Origin: Bacillota bacterium
Lineage (GTDB): Bacteria > Bacillota > Dethiobacteria > Dethiobacterales > Dethiobacteraceae
Length of the DNA: 64,000 bases
NCBI GenBank assembly: GCA_012522335.1
Contig: JAAYKP010000043.1
Location: 1,151 to 65,150 of the forward strand
Reading direction: 5' to 3'
Positions 54,067-63,966 of the stretch are shown in pieces; positions within the stretch are counted from its first letter, which is position 1; each line of letters starts with the position of its first letter. Position numbers and translations under genes: made by a program. The notes below the pieces were generated by a model, which was given only the letters and a program-made list of their open reading frames with translations, had not been told where the DNA came from and ran no database searches.

Positions 54067-55539
54067 ATCTATCAACAGCAACAGCAAAAAGTTAATCAGC
54101 AGCTTTTCCTGTTTATTCTCTTCTGTTCAGTTTTAGCTTTCCTGCTGACAACAGTTTTTCAGCTGCCCTTTGATGCCCCGGTTTACAGTGCTCCTTTTAG
54201 TGCCTGGGAATATATTAACAGTCTGGCGGTCTTTGATAAACCATGGCGGGAAACGGAAGCGGGGCTGCCCGTCACCCGGGCCGAGGCTGTCAGCTTATTT
54301 GCTGCCCTGGAGGGTTACAGTGAAAACAAGGCGGCTTACCACAGCCTGCTTGCCCAGACAGGCTTTCCCCTCAACTCCTTGTACGAACCGCTGCAGCGCC
54401 GGGAATTATACCTCCTGCTGGCTCGCAGCACACAGGAGCCTGTGGAGCAGGCAGGAAAGTATTTTCTCTCCGCCGCGGCAGAACAGCTGCCCCTCAACCA
54501 ATTGGCGCATTTAGGCATTATCGATGTTCCCTTTGACAGGACTTTTAACCCCGGGGCCGTCGTCACCCGGCAGGAACTGGTGCAAACCGCGGCCAGAACC
54601 GCCAAACCGGCGCTGCGCATCCATAATGCCCCGGTCGTAACAGCAGTACCACAAAAGTATACCTATCAGCGGCTGACTGCCGATGTGCATGCACTGGCTG
54701 CGGCCTACCCGGACTTAATCTCCCTGGTGGAAATAGGACAGTCGGTAGAGGGACGAGCCATTTACGCCCTGCGCCTCGGCCACGGCACAAAAGAAATCTT
54801 TCTGGACGCCGCCATTCATGCCAGTGAATGGCTGACGACCAATCTGCTCATGAAAATGGCAGAGGAATACGCCCGTCATGCCCAGTATGACCGCCCCTTC
54901 GGCCCCTATCATGTAGCGGAAATATTAGAAGAAGTCAGCCTGTGGTTTATGCCCATGCTTAATCCCGACGGGGTCACCTTAGTTTTAGAAGGCCCGGAAG
55001 CTGTACAAAACAGTACTTTTGCAAAACAGTTATTACAGCAGGCTAACGAAAACAGCTTCAGCAGCTGGAAAGCCAACATTCGCGGCGTTGATTTAAACCG
55101 GCAGTTCCCGGCTTTCTGGTCCCGTTTGGTCAACGTGCAGCCGCGGCCGGCACCCAGCCATTTTAAAGGAACAAAACCTTTAAGTGAACCGGAAGCGCAA
55201 TCCTTATATGATTTTACTTTACAGCGGCGGCCGGCCATGGTTATTTCCTTTCACCAGCAGGGGGAAATAATTTACTGGTACAACCGGCAGAGCGGTGCCC
55301 GGTATAACCGCGACCGGCAGCTGGCACGGCAGCTGGCCGCCCTGACAGGATATGGCGCCGGTCAGCAGTTAGTCAATGGCGGCAAATATATGGATTGGGC
55401 AATTAGCGAACTGGGTATTCCTGCGTTCATCATTGAAGTGGGCACCGTTGTTGGTGACCTGCGGCAGTGGGAGCGCATCTGGCGGCAAAATCGTTACGTC
55501 GCCCTGGAAGCCGCCCGGCTCATATTGGCGCTGGAGTAA
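54067..55539 (+). CDS. M14 zinc carboxypeptidase (gamma-D-glutamyl-meso-DAP peptidase-like) with N-terminal signal anchor and SLH-like repeats
   Basis: The catalytic part is in the ORF track (54379..55539; HxxE as IHASEW). The frame is open from 54043 and encodes a TM helix (LFLFILFCSVLAFLLTTVF) and two SLH-like segments. The only SD-spaced start is ATC 54067. Confidence 0.7.
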   Translation: MYQQQQQKVNQQLFLFILFCSVLAFLLTTVFQLPFDAPVYSAPFSAWEYINSLAVFDKPWRETEAGLPVTRAEAVSLFAALEGYSENKAAYHSLLAQTGFPLNSLYEPLQRRELYLLLARSTQEPVEQAGKYFLSAAAEQLPLNQLAHLGIIDVPFDRTFNPGAVVTRQELVQTAARTAKPALRIHNAPVVTAVPQKYTYQRLTADVHALAAAYPDLISLVEIGQSVEGRAIYALRLGHGTKEIFLDAAIHASEWLTTNLLMKMAEEYARHAQYDRPFGPYHVAEILEEVSLWFMPMLNPDGVTLVLEGPEAVQNSTFAKQLLQQANENSFSSWKANIRGVDLNRQFPAFWSRLVNVQPRPAPSHFKGTKPLSEPEAQSLYDFTLQRRPAMVISFHQQGEIIYWYNRQSGARYNRDRQLARQLAALTGYGAGQQLVNGGKYMDWAISELGIPAFIIEVGTVVGDLRQWERIWRQNRYVALEAARLILALE

Positions 55540-55560
55540 AGCAAAAAAGAACAAAAAATA

Positions 55561-55591
55561 TCAGGAGCAGGCTCGACGAGCCTGCTCCTTT
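55561..55591. terminator. bidirectional intrinsic terminator between the peptidase gene (+) and the che operon end (-)
   Basis: AGGAGCAGGCUCG-a-CGAGCCUGCUCCU, a 13-bp stem with T-rich runs on both sides. Confidence 0.7.
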
Positions 55592-55609
55592 ATTCTTTCC
55601 GGCAAACTG

Positions 55610-56440
55610 TTACAGTTTAGCCGCTGTTCTTTTCAGATTGTCTGCCAGCACCCGCAGCTGCTCAATGGTGGCCGAATTTTCTTCCGTAGCCGCTGCCTGC
55701 TGCTGGGCAATGCTGCCTGACTCCTCTGCCGCCTCAATCATGCCTCTCACGGCATCGGCAATGGCCGTAATAATACCGTTAACCTCCTCTGCCGCCTGTT
55801 TGCTGTGGTCAGCCAGCTTGCGAATCTCCTGCGCCACCACACCAAAACCTCTGCCGTTTTCCCCGGCCCTGGCCGCTTCAATGGACGCATTTAAACCAAG
55901 TAAATTTGTTTGGGTGGAAATTTCTTTAATGGTATTAATAATTACTTCCGTTTCTTTAATACGTCGGCTTGACTCCTCTGATTTTTTCGCCAGATTGTCA
56001 CCAACTTCAGCCAATCTGCCTGCTCCCCGGGCAATCTCGGTCAAAGCCTGGGCCATTTCATTCAGCGCCGCCGACAGCTGGGCAGCTCCCTCGTTAACTT
56101 CCTGCTGCGTTTTGCGCCCGATGGCACAGATTAACGTTCCTATCGGCACACCGGCCTCGTCGACAACGGGTACGTTGACACCTTTAAAGGGAACACCCCG
56201 ACGGACATGATAGACAGTCTTCCGCTTCTCCTCCATACATTTCTTCGTCGCATTGCCTAAAATCTCACTACCTACTGTGATACCTGTCTGCAAATCGGGG
56301 CCTTCTGCTGCATATAAATACTGCTTGCCGTCAGTTACATAGAGGGACATATCAGAAGGCAAAGCATTGATGACATAGGGCAGCACCCCCATCAGAGCTG
56401 TTAACGCCTCCTTACCTTTTAAGGTCTCCATGCTTTTCAC
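55610..56440 (-). CDS. soluble methyl-accepting chemotaxis protein (short)
   Basis: 276 aa with no TM. A ~110-aa N-terminal sensor-like domain plus a short MCP signalling hairpin ([34 protein letters not shown]). Confidence 0.85.
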   Translation of the reverse strand: MKSMETLKGKEALTALMGVLPYVINALPSDMSLYVTDGKQYLYAAEGPDLQTGITVGSEILGNATKKCMEEKRKTVYHVRRGVPFKGVNVPVVDEAGVPIGTLICAIGRKTQQEVNEGAAQLSAALNEMAQALTEIARGAGRLAEVGDNLAKKSEESSRRIKETEVIINTIKEISTQTNLLGLNASIEAARAGENGRGFGVVAQEIRKLADHSKQAAEEVNGIITAIADAVRGMIEAAEESGSIAQQQAAATEENSATIEQLRVLADNLKRTAAKL

Positions 56441-56470
56441 CTCTTTTAATTACATAAATCTCTCATGCTT

Positions 56471-56950
56471 TTAAATCGTTAAGGGCTGCGTAACAGTCTT
56501 TATCAGACCCGTTGCCACGTCCATACTGAGCGTACGGCTAACCCTTCCTCCCACATCCGCTTCTTTTACTGTCAGATTTAGCTGCGCTAAAGCCTGCCTC
56601 ACTGCTTGTAAGTTTTTTCTGCCGATATTAAAGATATCATGGGGTCGGATGGATTCGGCACCACCATAAAGATTGATGATTAATTCCTGTCGGGAACAAC
56701 CAAAGCCTGCGCACATTTCCCGAATCAACAGCGGCACGCCGGTAACGGCATAATAAGCCGGGCGTAACTGTCCCTGGGCGCCGGTAAAAGGAGCCGGCAG
56801 GGCAATATGTATCATTCCGGCCGCCTGCTGCGCGGGGCTGTATGCAGTCACCGCGACACAGGAAGATAAAGCGTATGTTTTCAGGACAGCATTTTTTTGC
56901 CTGCTAACACGATATTCCCCGATACCTACTACCAATTCCAGTTTCCTCAT
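56471..56950 (-). CDS. cheD: chemoreceptor glutamine deamidase CheD
   Basis: 159 aa. VGIGEY..L.TYALSSCVAV.. and NIGRKN motifs. Confidence 0.9.
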   Translation of the reverse strand: MRKLELVVGIGEYRVSRQKNAVLKTYALSSCVAVTAYSPAQQAAGMIHIALPAPFTGAQGQLRPAYYAVTGVPLLIREMCAGFGCSRQELIINLYGGAESIRPHDIFNIGRKNLQAVRQALAQLNLTVKEADVGGRVSRTLSMDVATGLIKTVTQPLTI

Positions 56951-57975
56951 CTGCTCACCAGGGAAAGTAAGATTTGCGGAATCTTAGCCAGGGGTGCCTG
57001 TATTTCTACGGCACCAAGCTCAAAAGCAGCTTTAGGCATCCCGTAAACAACGGAGGATGCTTCATCCTGCCCCACGGTTTTTGCCCCTTTTCTGCGCATG
57101 GCCAGCAGTCCCCTGGCCCCGTCATAGCCCATGCCGGTTAAAATAACACCGATGGCCTTTTCGCCCACCTCTTTGGCGACCGAGGTAAATAAAACATCAA
57201 CTGAAGGGCAGTGACCGTTCACCCTTTCCCCCTGCTCCACAACTGCCTGATAGCGTGTACCACTGCGGCGCACCTGCAGATGATAGTCGCCCGGGGCGAT
57301 TAATACCGTTCCCGGGTCCAGATAATCGCCGCTGACCGCCTCTTTCACCCGGAAGGGCAGCTGTTGGTTTAAACGCTCGGCAAATAAGCGGGAAAAAACG
57401 GCCGGAATATGCTGCACAATCACTATCGCCGGCATCTTAGCCGGCAGCTGCTTCAGCAGCTGATAAATAGCCTCGGTACCGCCAGTTGAGGCCCCAATGG
57501 CAATTATTTTATCAGCGGCAACAGTAGTCTGCGGGCCACCGCTTTGCCGGAGGAGCAGCGGCGGCGCTGTTTTCACCTGTGCCCGGCTGGCAATCTTCAC
57601 TTTATTGATTAACTCTTTAATAAAGTTTTCTACAGCGGTAGGGGAACTAAAATCAGGTTTCGTGACAAAATCTACGGCACCGGCGTTAAGAGCTTCAAAA
57701 ACTGCGCTGCTGATGGAACTAACCACAACTACAGGCAAAGGATATTGGGGCAGAAGCCGCCGGATAAATTCAATCCCGTTCATGCGGGGCATTTCGATGT
57801 CACAGGTCATCACATCGGGGCGCAGAGCGACTATTTTATCCCGGGCGTCAAAAGGATCGACAGCCTTACCGACAATCTCAATCTGTACGTCTAAGGCCAG
57901 TCCCCTGGCAATGACTTCCCGTGAAACCAGACTATCATCTACCACTAAAACTTTAATCTTCTCTTTAGCTGCCAT
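56947..57975 (-). CDS. cheB: chemotaxis response regulator protein-glutamate methylesterase CheB
   Basis: 342 aa. REC domain (KVLVVDDS..DIEMPRMNG) plus methylesterase domain (IGASTGG, GMGYDGA). Confidence 0.93.
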   Translation of the reverse strand: MAAKEKIKVLVVDDSLVSREVIARGLALDVQIEIVGKAVDPFDARDKIVALRPDVMTCDIEMPRMNGIEFIRRLLPQYPLPVVVVSSISSAVFEALNAGAVDFVTKPDFSSPTAVENFIKELINKVKIASRAQVKTAPPLLLRQSGGPQTTVAADKIIAIGASTGGTEAIYQLLKQLPAKMPAIVIVQHIPAVFSRLFAERLNQQLPFRVKEAVSGDYLDPGTVLIAPGDYHLQVRRSGTRYQAVVEQGERVNGHCPSVDVLFTSVAKEVGEKAIGVILTGMGYDGARGLLAMRRKGAKTVGQDEASSVVYGMPKAAFELGAVEIQAPLAKIPQILLSLVSR

Positions 57976-58011
57976 GCGCGGTATCCCCCATTATCTGCCT
58001 GTGTCTGATAC

Positions 58012-58833
58012 TTAAGCATTGCTTTTCCTGTATACAGCAGGTCTGATGTATTCAAATTTTGTTTTTTCCCTGTTCAGAGATTCTGAATGCCCCACAAACA
58101 GGTAGCCTCCCTCTTCCAAATGCTCATAAAACTTGTTGACCAACTCTGTTTTTGTTTCCCAGTCAAAGTAAATCATGACGTTACGGCAAAAAATAACCTG
58201 AAACTTTCTCCGGAAAGGAAAAACAGGCTCCATTAAATTAAACTTGCGAAAGATAACCTCATTTTTAATGCTGCTGCTGAGCACGGCATTTTCCCCATCA
58301 AGTTTGTGAAAATATTTATTTCTCCAGGCTGCGGGCAGGGGAGCAATGCGCTCCAGACTGTAAATACCTTTGCGGGCAGTTTCTAACACCTGCTGCGAAA
58401 TATCTGTGGCCAGAATTCTGGTATCCCAGCGGCCTTTGTCGGCACCAAAATAATCAGCAATGATCATGGCCAAAGTATAAGCTTCCTCACCGGTGGAACA
58501 GGCTGCGCACCAAATTCGTAAGTCCTGTTCCTGATTGTTTTGCACCAGTTCAGGCAGCACATGATCACGAAAGAAAAAGAAATGGTCAGCTTCCCGCATA
58601 AAAAAGGTATGATTGGTGGTAATCTTCTCCACCAGCTCCATGCGGGCTTCACCGCTTTTGTCGTTCAGCAGATAGTCTATATACTCTGAAAAGCGGGTAA
58701 AGTTTTTGCTTAAAAGCAGGCTCTGCAGGCGTCCTGTCAGCATTGTTTTTTTCTCCGCCTGCAAATGGATACCAAAATTCTGCTTAATATAGGCTGTCAA
58801 CTGCTTAAATTCCTGATCTGTAATCTTCAGCAT
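58012..58833 (-). CDS. cheR: chemotaxis protein methyltransferase CheR
   Basis: 273 aa. TTNHTFFMRE and RIWCAACSTGEEAYTLAM SAM-MTase motifs. Confidence 0.93.
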   Translation of the reverse strand: MLKITDQEFKQLTAYIKQNFGIHLQAEKKTMLTGRLQSLLLSKNFTRFSEYIDYLLNDKSGEARMELVEKITTNHTFFMREADHFFFFRDHVLPELVQNNQEQDLRIWCAACSTGEEAYTLAMIIADYFGADKGRWDTRILATDISQQVLETARKGIYSLERIAPLPAAWRNKYFHKLDGENAVLSSSIKNEVIFRKFNLMEPVFPFRRKFQVIFCRNVMIYFDWETKTELVNKFYEHLEEGGYLFVGHSESLNREKTKFEYIRPAVYRKSNA

Positions 58834-58891
58834 TTCCCTCCACCTTTAGGTTAAGAAACTCTCGCCAACAAAACTGTATTTACGTTTAGTG

Positions 58892-60862
58892 CTAATACTT
58901 ACCAAACTCCAGATCACTCAAAAGAATTTTCGGTTCAGCAGCAGCGGCAGCTTCCAGGTAAGCTTGTTCCTGCTCTGCCTGCTCCTCTGCCGCCGGCTCC
59001 TGCTCAGGCAGTTCAGCCAGAATTTGCTCAAGCTGGGGACCAAGTTCCTCCCCTGCCGCTGTATCCTGACCTGCAGCCTTTGTTTTCAGTTTAAAGCCCG
59101 CCACCTGCTGTTTTAACATTTCTGCCTGGCTGGCCAGCTCTTCACTGGCAGCGGCACTTTCCTGCGAAGTAGCGGAATTGCCCTGCACAACCCGGGAGAC
59201 CTGGGCGATGCCTGTATTAATTTGGCTGATACCGGCAGCCTGTTCAGTGGAGGCAGCGGCAATTTGCTGCACCAAATCTGCCATTTTATCAATATCCGCC
59301 ACTATCTTTTGTAAAGCAGCTGCCGTTTGGTTGGCAATATAGGCGCCATCATTGACTTTTTCAATGGAACCGTTAATCAGTTCTGTCGTTTCCTTGGCGG
59401 CATTGGCAGCCCGCGCCGCTAAATTCCTTACTTCTTCCGCCACCACGGCAAAGCCTTTACCGTGCTGCCCGGCCCTGGCTGCCTCAATGGCGGCATTTAA
59501 AGCTAAAATATTAGTCTGGAAGGCAATTTCATCAATGACCTTAATAATCTTGGAAATATTCTGGGAAGACCGGTTGATTTCTGCCATGGCCGCCAGCATC
59601 TCCTGCATCTCTTCCGTACCCTGCTGGGCATGACCTTTGGCATCCACGGCAAGCTTGTTAACTTTATCGGCATTTTCTGCGTTATGCTTAGTTTGGCCCG
59701 AGATTTCCTCTAAAGAAGCTGTCAGCTGTTCAATGGAACTGGCCTGTTCAGCAGCACCCTGCGATAAAGCCATGCTGGAATCAGAAATCTGTTTGGAACC
59801 TGCTGCCACCTGTTGGGCCGCCTCCAGGATGTTGGCCAGGAGCTCATTAAAGTTTGCCAGGGCCTGATTAAGGGCTTTTTTAATGATGGCATGGTCGCCC
59901 TGGTACTCACCGGTCATACTGACCTGCAGATCTCCTTCCGCTATCGCTGACAGAACTTGGGCAGCTTCGTTGATGGGATCTGTGATGGCGTCCAGGGTCT
60001 CGTTAATACCGGTAATAATGCGTTTAAAGTCGCCGTATAACTCATCCGCATCGCCGCGCACACCCAGTGCTCCTGCCGCTGTTAAACCGGCGATGGTTAC
60101 CGTTTCATCAATCACATTCTGCAGGTTCTGCCGCAGCAGCTCTACCCCTTCATTAGCCTGGGCCAGTTTGCCGGGCAGCCTTTCCAGACTGACGGAGAAG
60201 TTGCCTTCGGCATAACCGGTTAGAACAGCAAGGATTTTCCGCAGGGTACTGACATAAAGGCGATAACCGTCATTAATGCCGCCGGCCACTTCCCGATAAG
60301 CCCCGTTAAACTGCTCATCAGCAATTAAGGCATCTATTTCTCCCTCCGCATGCTGCTCATATAACTGCTTCAGCTCAGACATTAAGCGTTTTAAAACCTG
60401 CAGCAGCTCCTGCAGACTGCCTCCCAGCACATCATCTGCTGATTTGGCGCTAATACTTACAGCTAAATCTCCCCGGGCTATTTTGGCGGCAGCATCGGCC
60501 AGCTCCCGCATGTTGGCAGCGACCTGCGCAAAGGAAACTGCCAATTGTCCCACTTCACCCTTGGCTTCAGTGGGCAGCTGCACATCAATAATCCCCCGGC
60601 TGATTTTCTCCGCCGCTTCCATCATCTGCTTGATCGGTTTGTGAATGGTACCGGCCATAACCGTACCAAGAATAATGGCGATTAAAACTGCGGCAGCCAT
60701 GGCAATTTTGGTCACCAGAATCAGCTGCTCTGCCAAAGCCTCAGCGGCGGAAACGTCCGCGGCCATCATTTGCTGCACATTGACAATGCCCAAATAACCC
60801 AGGAGGCACGTCAGCAAGGCCATTACCAAAAAACCAACAACAAATTTTGTTGTTATTCTCAT
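58892..60862 (-). CDS. transmembrane methyl-accepting chemotaxis protein with multiple HAMP-like modules
   Basis: 656 aa. TM1 - ~25-aa loop - TM2, several HAMP-like repeats (..RGDLAVSI.., ..EGNFSVSL.., ..EGDLQVSM..), and an MCP hairpin ([34 protein letters not shown]). Confidence 0.9.
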   Translation of the reverse strand: MRITTKFVVGFLVMALLTCLLGYLGIVNVQQMMAADVSAAEALAEQLILVTKIAMAAAVLIAIILGTVMAGTIHKPIKQMMEAAEKISRGIIDVQLPTEAKGEVGQLAVSFAQVAANMRELADAAAKIARGDLAVSISAKSADDVLGGSLQELLQVLKRLMSELKQLYEQHAEGEIDALIADEQFNGAYREVAGGINDGYRLYVSTLRKILAVLTGYAEGNFSVSLERLPGKLAQANEGVELLRQNLQNVIDETVTIAGLTAAGALGVRGDADELYGDFKRIITGINETLDAITDPINEAAQVLSAIAEGDLQVSMTGEYQGDHAIIKKALNQALANFNELLANILEAAQQVAAGSKQISDSSMALSQGAAEQASSIEQLTASLEEISGQTKHNAENADKVNKLAVDAKGHAQQGTEEMQEMLAAMAEINRSSQNISKIIKVIDEIAFQTNILALNAAIEAARAGQHGKGFAVVAEEVRNLAARAANAAKETTELINGSIEKVNDGAYIANQTAAALQKIVADIDKMADLVQQIAAASTEQAAGISQINTGIAQVSRVVQGNSATSQESAAASEELASQAEMLKQQVAGFKLKTKAAGQDTAAGEELGPQLEQILAELPEQEPAAEEQAEQEQAYLEAAAAAEPKILLSDLEFGKY

Positions 60863-60876
60863 TTTCCACCCTACCT

Positions 60877-61374
60877 TTACAATTCAGATAAATCTTCCAG
60901 TTCATCTTCTGTAAGTAATTTGGTACAGTCAAGCAGCAGCTTAACTACATCACCTACTTTTCCCACCCCCTTAATATAGCGATTAGTATTCTGTTTAATC
61001 TCCGGCAGGCTGACAATCTCGCTGTCAGGTATGGACAGGACTTCTTCCACCGCGTCGACAATTAAGCCCATGGCCACCTCTTCTACCTGGATCACAATAA
61101 CACAGGTGCGGTCGCTGTATTCTTTAAACTCCTTCTTAAAGCGTAAGCGCACATCCATAACCGGTACGATCTTCCCTCTTAAGTTAATAATGCCGCGAAT
61201 ATATGGGGGAAGTTCAGGCACTTCCGTAATGGGCTGAATACCGATTATCTCCATCACATATTTGATTTCCAGACCATACTGCTCTTTACCCAGGGAAAAG
61301 ATTAAATACTTGCCCTTTTGTGTATCCTCATCGTCCTGAACAAAAAAATCTTCCTGTGCTGCCCTCTCAGCCAT
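60877..61374 (-). CDS. cheW: chemotaxis coupling protein CheW
   Basis: 165 aa. [18 protein letters not shown] and [10 protein letters not shown] motifs. Confidence 0.92.
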   Translation of the reverse strand: MAERAAQEDFFVQDDEDTQKGKYLIFSLGKEQYGLEIKYVMEIIGIQPITEVPELPPYIRGIINLRGKIVPVMDVRLRFKKEFKEYSDRTCVIVIQVEEVAMGLIVDAVEEVLSIPDSEIVSLPEIKQNTNRYIKGVGKVGDVVKLLLDCTKLLTEDELEDLSEL

Positions 61375-61404
61375 TTCGACAACTCCTTCCCTCTCCCGCT
61401 TTAG

Positions 61405-63417
61405 TTAATTCAGCAAACCGCCCACATCGAGGATCAAACTGATGCTGCCGTCACCCAGGAGGGTACAGCCGCTCAGCCCTTTGCTTTGGTGTCTGTTCCT
61501 GATGTAGGCAGGCAGCGCTTTTACCACCACTTCCTGCTGTCCCAACAGCTCATCGACAAAAAGCAGACAACCCTGCTTATCATGTTCCACCATAATCAGA
61601 ATGCCTTCACTTAAGTCGGTGATGGGCGTGTCCAAAGCAAAATATTGATGCAAACGAATGATGGGGTAGCAGACACCTCTGACCATCAGCATTTCATCAC
61701 CATTTGTGTCATGCAGCAAAGTATGCTGCTGCGCCCGCAGGCATTCTTTAATGGACGCGATGGGGATGGTAAAACAGGAATTCCCCACCTTCACGTTCAT
61801 GCTGTCAATGATGGCCAGCGTCAGGGGGATCTTCAGGGTAAAAGTACAGCCCTCTCCCGCCACGCTGTCAACGGCAACGGAGCCGCCAACCAGCTGCAGA
61901 TTATTAGCCACCACATCCATGCCTACGCCGCGTCCCGAAAACTCCGTAACATCCTTTTTCGTAGAAAACCCGGGCAGAAAAACCAGTTCATAGATTTCCT
62001 GCTCCGTCATCTCGGCGGCAGGCTTGGTCAGCAGACCTTGTGCCTGCGCCCGCTCCAGTATTTTTGCTTTATTTAACCCTCTGCCGTCGTCCTTAACTAA
62101 AATTAAAACATCACTGCCGGCATTTTTGGCCTCCAGGGTAATGGTGCCAACTGCCGGTTTGCCCAGTGCCTCCCGCTCCTCTTTACGTTCCAGACCATGA
62201 TCCATGGCATTACGAATAAGATGCATGAGGGGGTCGGCAATATGCTCAATAATATTTTTATCAACTTCTGTCTGTTCTCCCAGCAGCTGCAGCTTTACTT
62301 CTTTATTTAACTGTCTGCTCATATCACGCACCAGCCGGTGCATCTTGTGAAAGGTGGTGGCCAACGGCACCATGCGGATGGACATCACCAAATCCTGCAG
62401 CTCGCCGGTGATTTTATGCAGCTGACGTGCTGCCTTCTCGAAATTATCTAACTGCAGTCCCTTTAAGTCAGGATTTTGTGTCACCATCGATTCGGCAATG
62501 ACCATTTCGCCCACCAGGTCCATCAGCTGGTCCAACTTACTGACGCTGACGCTGATCACTGCCTGGCTGCCGGCAGCCAGATTAGTTTCCTGTGCCGTCC
62601 GTTCTTTCAACTGCTGCATAGTTTCCGGCACATCCCCGTCCTTGGCACCGGCTGCTGCCGTTTCTGCCGCCGGCAGCTGACTCAACTCCAGCCGCTCCAG
62701 AAACAGAGTCTGCGCCAAAATTTCCTCTAGTTCCGCATAGCTTTTATCGCTTCGCAAAAAAAGCGTAAAGCCCTTTTCCCGAATCAGTTCTGCACTGTCA
62801 GCGCTGTCCAAATCCTCGGGCAGATACTGCAGTTCTGCCACCTGCTCCTGCAGCTGCAGCACCAGCGTATAAGCCCTGATATTTTCCATCCCGCAATCTG
62901 CGGCAAAATGAAGTACCGCTTTGTAAATAGAACTGTCTGCGGCCGCCGGCATGGGTGTCTTAAGCTGCCCGGCAGCAGTGGCCGCTGTTTCAGCCGCCGC
63001 AGTGGTTTGTTCTTTTAATACCGTCACATAATTCTCAATACTCTGCAGCAGCTGTCCGGCCTCACCGTCGGCAGGATCACCATTTTTAATCTTCTGCAGC
63101 TCAACTTTCATAAAGTCAATTCCCTCCAGCACCAGATCGGAGAGCAGGGAATAATCAATAAAGGCCGGCTGCCGTTCACGCAAAAAATAAAATAAATCTT
63201 CCATTTTATGCGCCAGCGCAGCAAGGCTGTCAAAAAGCATCATGGCTGAGGAGCCTTTAATGGTATGCATGATGCGAAATATTTCATTGATGCTGTCCTC
63301 GTCATAGCGGTCGGCATTTTCCGCGGCTAAGATTACAGCCTCCAGCTGTTCAATATTTTGCGTCGTTTCATAGATGTACATTTCCAGCATCTGTTCAGTT
63401 TGCCCGTGGTCCGCCAT
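61405..63417 (-). CDS. cheA: chemotaxis histidine kinase CheA
   Basis: 670 aa. P1 HTIKGSSAMM, P4 HLIRNAMDHG / DDGRGL / GRGVGMD, and a P5 CheW-like domain. Confidence 0.95.
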   Translation of the reverse strand: MADHGQTEQMLEMYIYETTQNIEQLEAVILAAENADRYDEDSINEIFRIMHTIKGSSAMMLFDSLAALAHKMEDLFYFLRERQPAFIDYSLLSDLVLEGIDFMKVELQKIKNGDPADGEAGQLLQSIENYVTVLKEQTTAAAETAATAAGQLKTPMPAAADSSIYKAVLHFAADCGMENIRAYTLVLQLQEQVAELQYLPEDLDSADSAELIREKGFTLFLRSDKSYAELEEILAQTLFLERLELSQLPAAETAAAGAKDGDVPETMQQLKERTAQETNLAAGSQAVISVSVSKLDQLMDLVGEMVIAESMVTQNPDLKGLQLDNFEKAARQLHKITGELQDLVMSIRMVPLATTFHKMHRLVRDMSRQLNKEVKLQLLGEQTEVDKNIIEHIADPLMHLIRNAMDHGLERKEEREALGKPAVGTITLEAKNAGSDVLILVKDDGRGLNKAKILERAQAQGLLTKPAAEMTEQEIYELVFLPGFSTKKDVTEFSGRGVGMDVVANNLQLVGGSVAVDSVAGEGCTFTLKIPLTLAIIDSMNVKVGNSCFTIPIASIKECLRAQQHTLLHDTNGDEMLMVRGVCYPIIRLHQYFALDTPITDLSEGILIMVEHDKQGCLLFVDELLGQQEVVVKALPAYIRNRHQSKGLSGCTLLGDGSISLILDVGGLLN

Positions 63418-63434
63418 TTCCTTGCCTCCTTTCT

Positions 63435-63791
63435 TTACAAAATACTATTGATGGTCTTAAGCACATGATCAGCTTTAAACGGTTTAATAATAAATGATTT
63501 GGCACCGCTCATAATGGCTTCTTTCACCATGGCCTCCTGCCCCATGGCTGACACCATAATCACTTTCGCCTGTGGGTCAAGCTGCATAATGGCCTTCAAC
63601 GCATCCAAACCGTTCATTTCCGGCATCGTAATATCCATTGTGACTAAATCCGGTTTTAACTCCACATATTTTTTTACCGCAACAGCTCCGTTTTCAGCCT
63701 CACCCACAATCTCCATGCCGTTACTTTCCAGCATATTTTTAATGGCCATGCGCATAAAAGCAGCATCATCTACAACTAAGACTCTTGTCAT
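63435..63791 (-). CDS. cheY: chemotaxis response regulator CheY
   Basis: 118 aa. VLVVDDAAFMR..DITMPEMNG..K(PF) REC motifs. First gene of the che operon. Confidence 0.93.
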   Translation of the reverse strand: MTRVLVVDDAAFMRMAIKNMLESNGMEIVGEAENGAVAVKKYVELKPDLVTMDITMPEMNGLDALKAIMQLDPQAKVIMVSAMGQEAMVKEAIMSGAKSFIIKPFKADHVLKTINSIL

Positions 63792-63939
63792 GACTCCTCA
63801 CTCTCTTTCTCTTATAGTACAGAGACAAGAAAGACGCCGGCTTTTTCAATGATGCGTCTTGCTTGTTCTTTAGAAAATAAGCAATTCCAGGCTGATGTAA
63901 TTTCCTAGCCGACAAGAAAGCAGTTTCCACTTTCAGTAA

Positions 63940-63966
63940 TTATCGGCTGCTGCCGGCTAAACTTAA
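63940..63966 (-). promoter_or_regulatory. sigma-28 / SigD-type promoter of the cheY operon
   Basis: Minus strand: TTAAGTTT - 11 nt - GCCGATAA, against the consensus TAAAGTTT-N11-GCCGATAA (7/8 and 8/8 matches, exact spacing). Lies ~140 nt upstream of cheY. Confidence 0.7.

Noticed and set aside
55467-56210. Long plus-strand ORFs antisense to strongly supported minus-strand genes. Examples are 55467-56210, 57497-58015, 34440-34931, 47402-47866, 40727-41200, 32063-32530, 6565-7017 and 36003-36398.
   Set aside because: They mirror real genes on the other strand and translate to low-complexity Ala/Pro/Ser/Arg-rich strings. They lack SD sequences and are expected from the GCN/CAG-rich codon usage. 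There is no independent support for overprinted genes.
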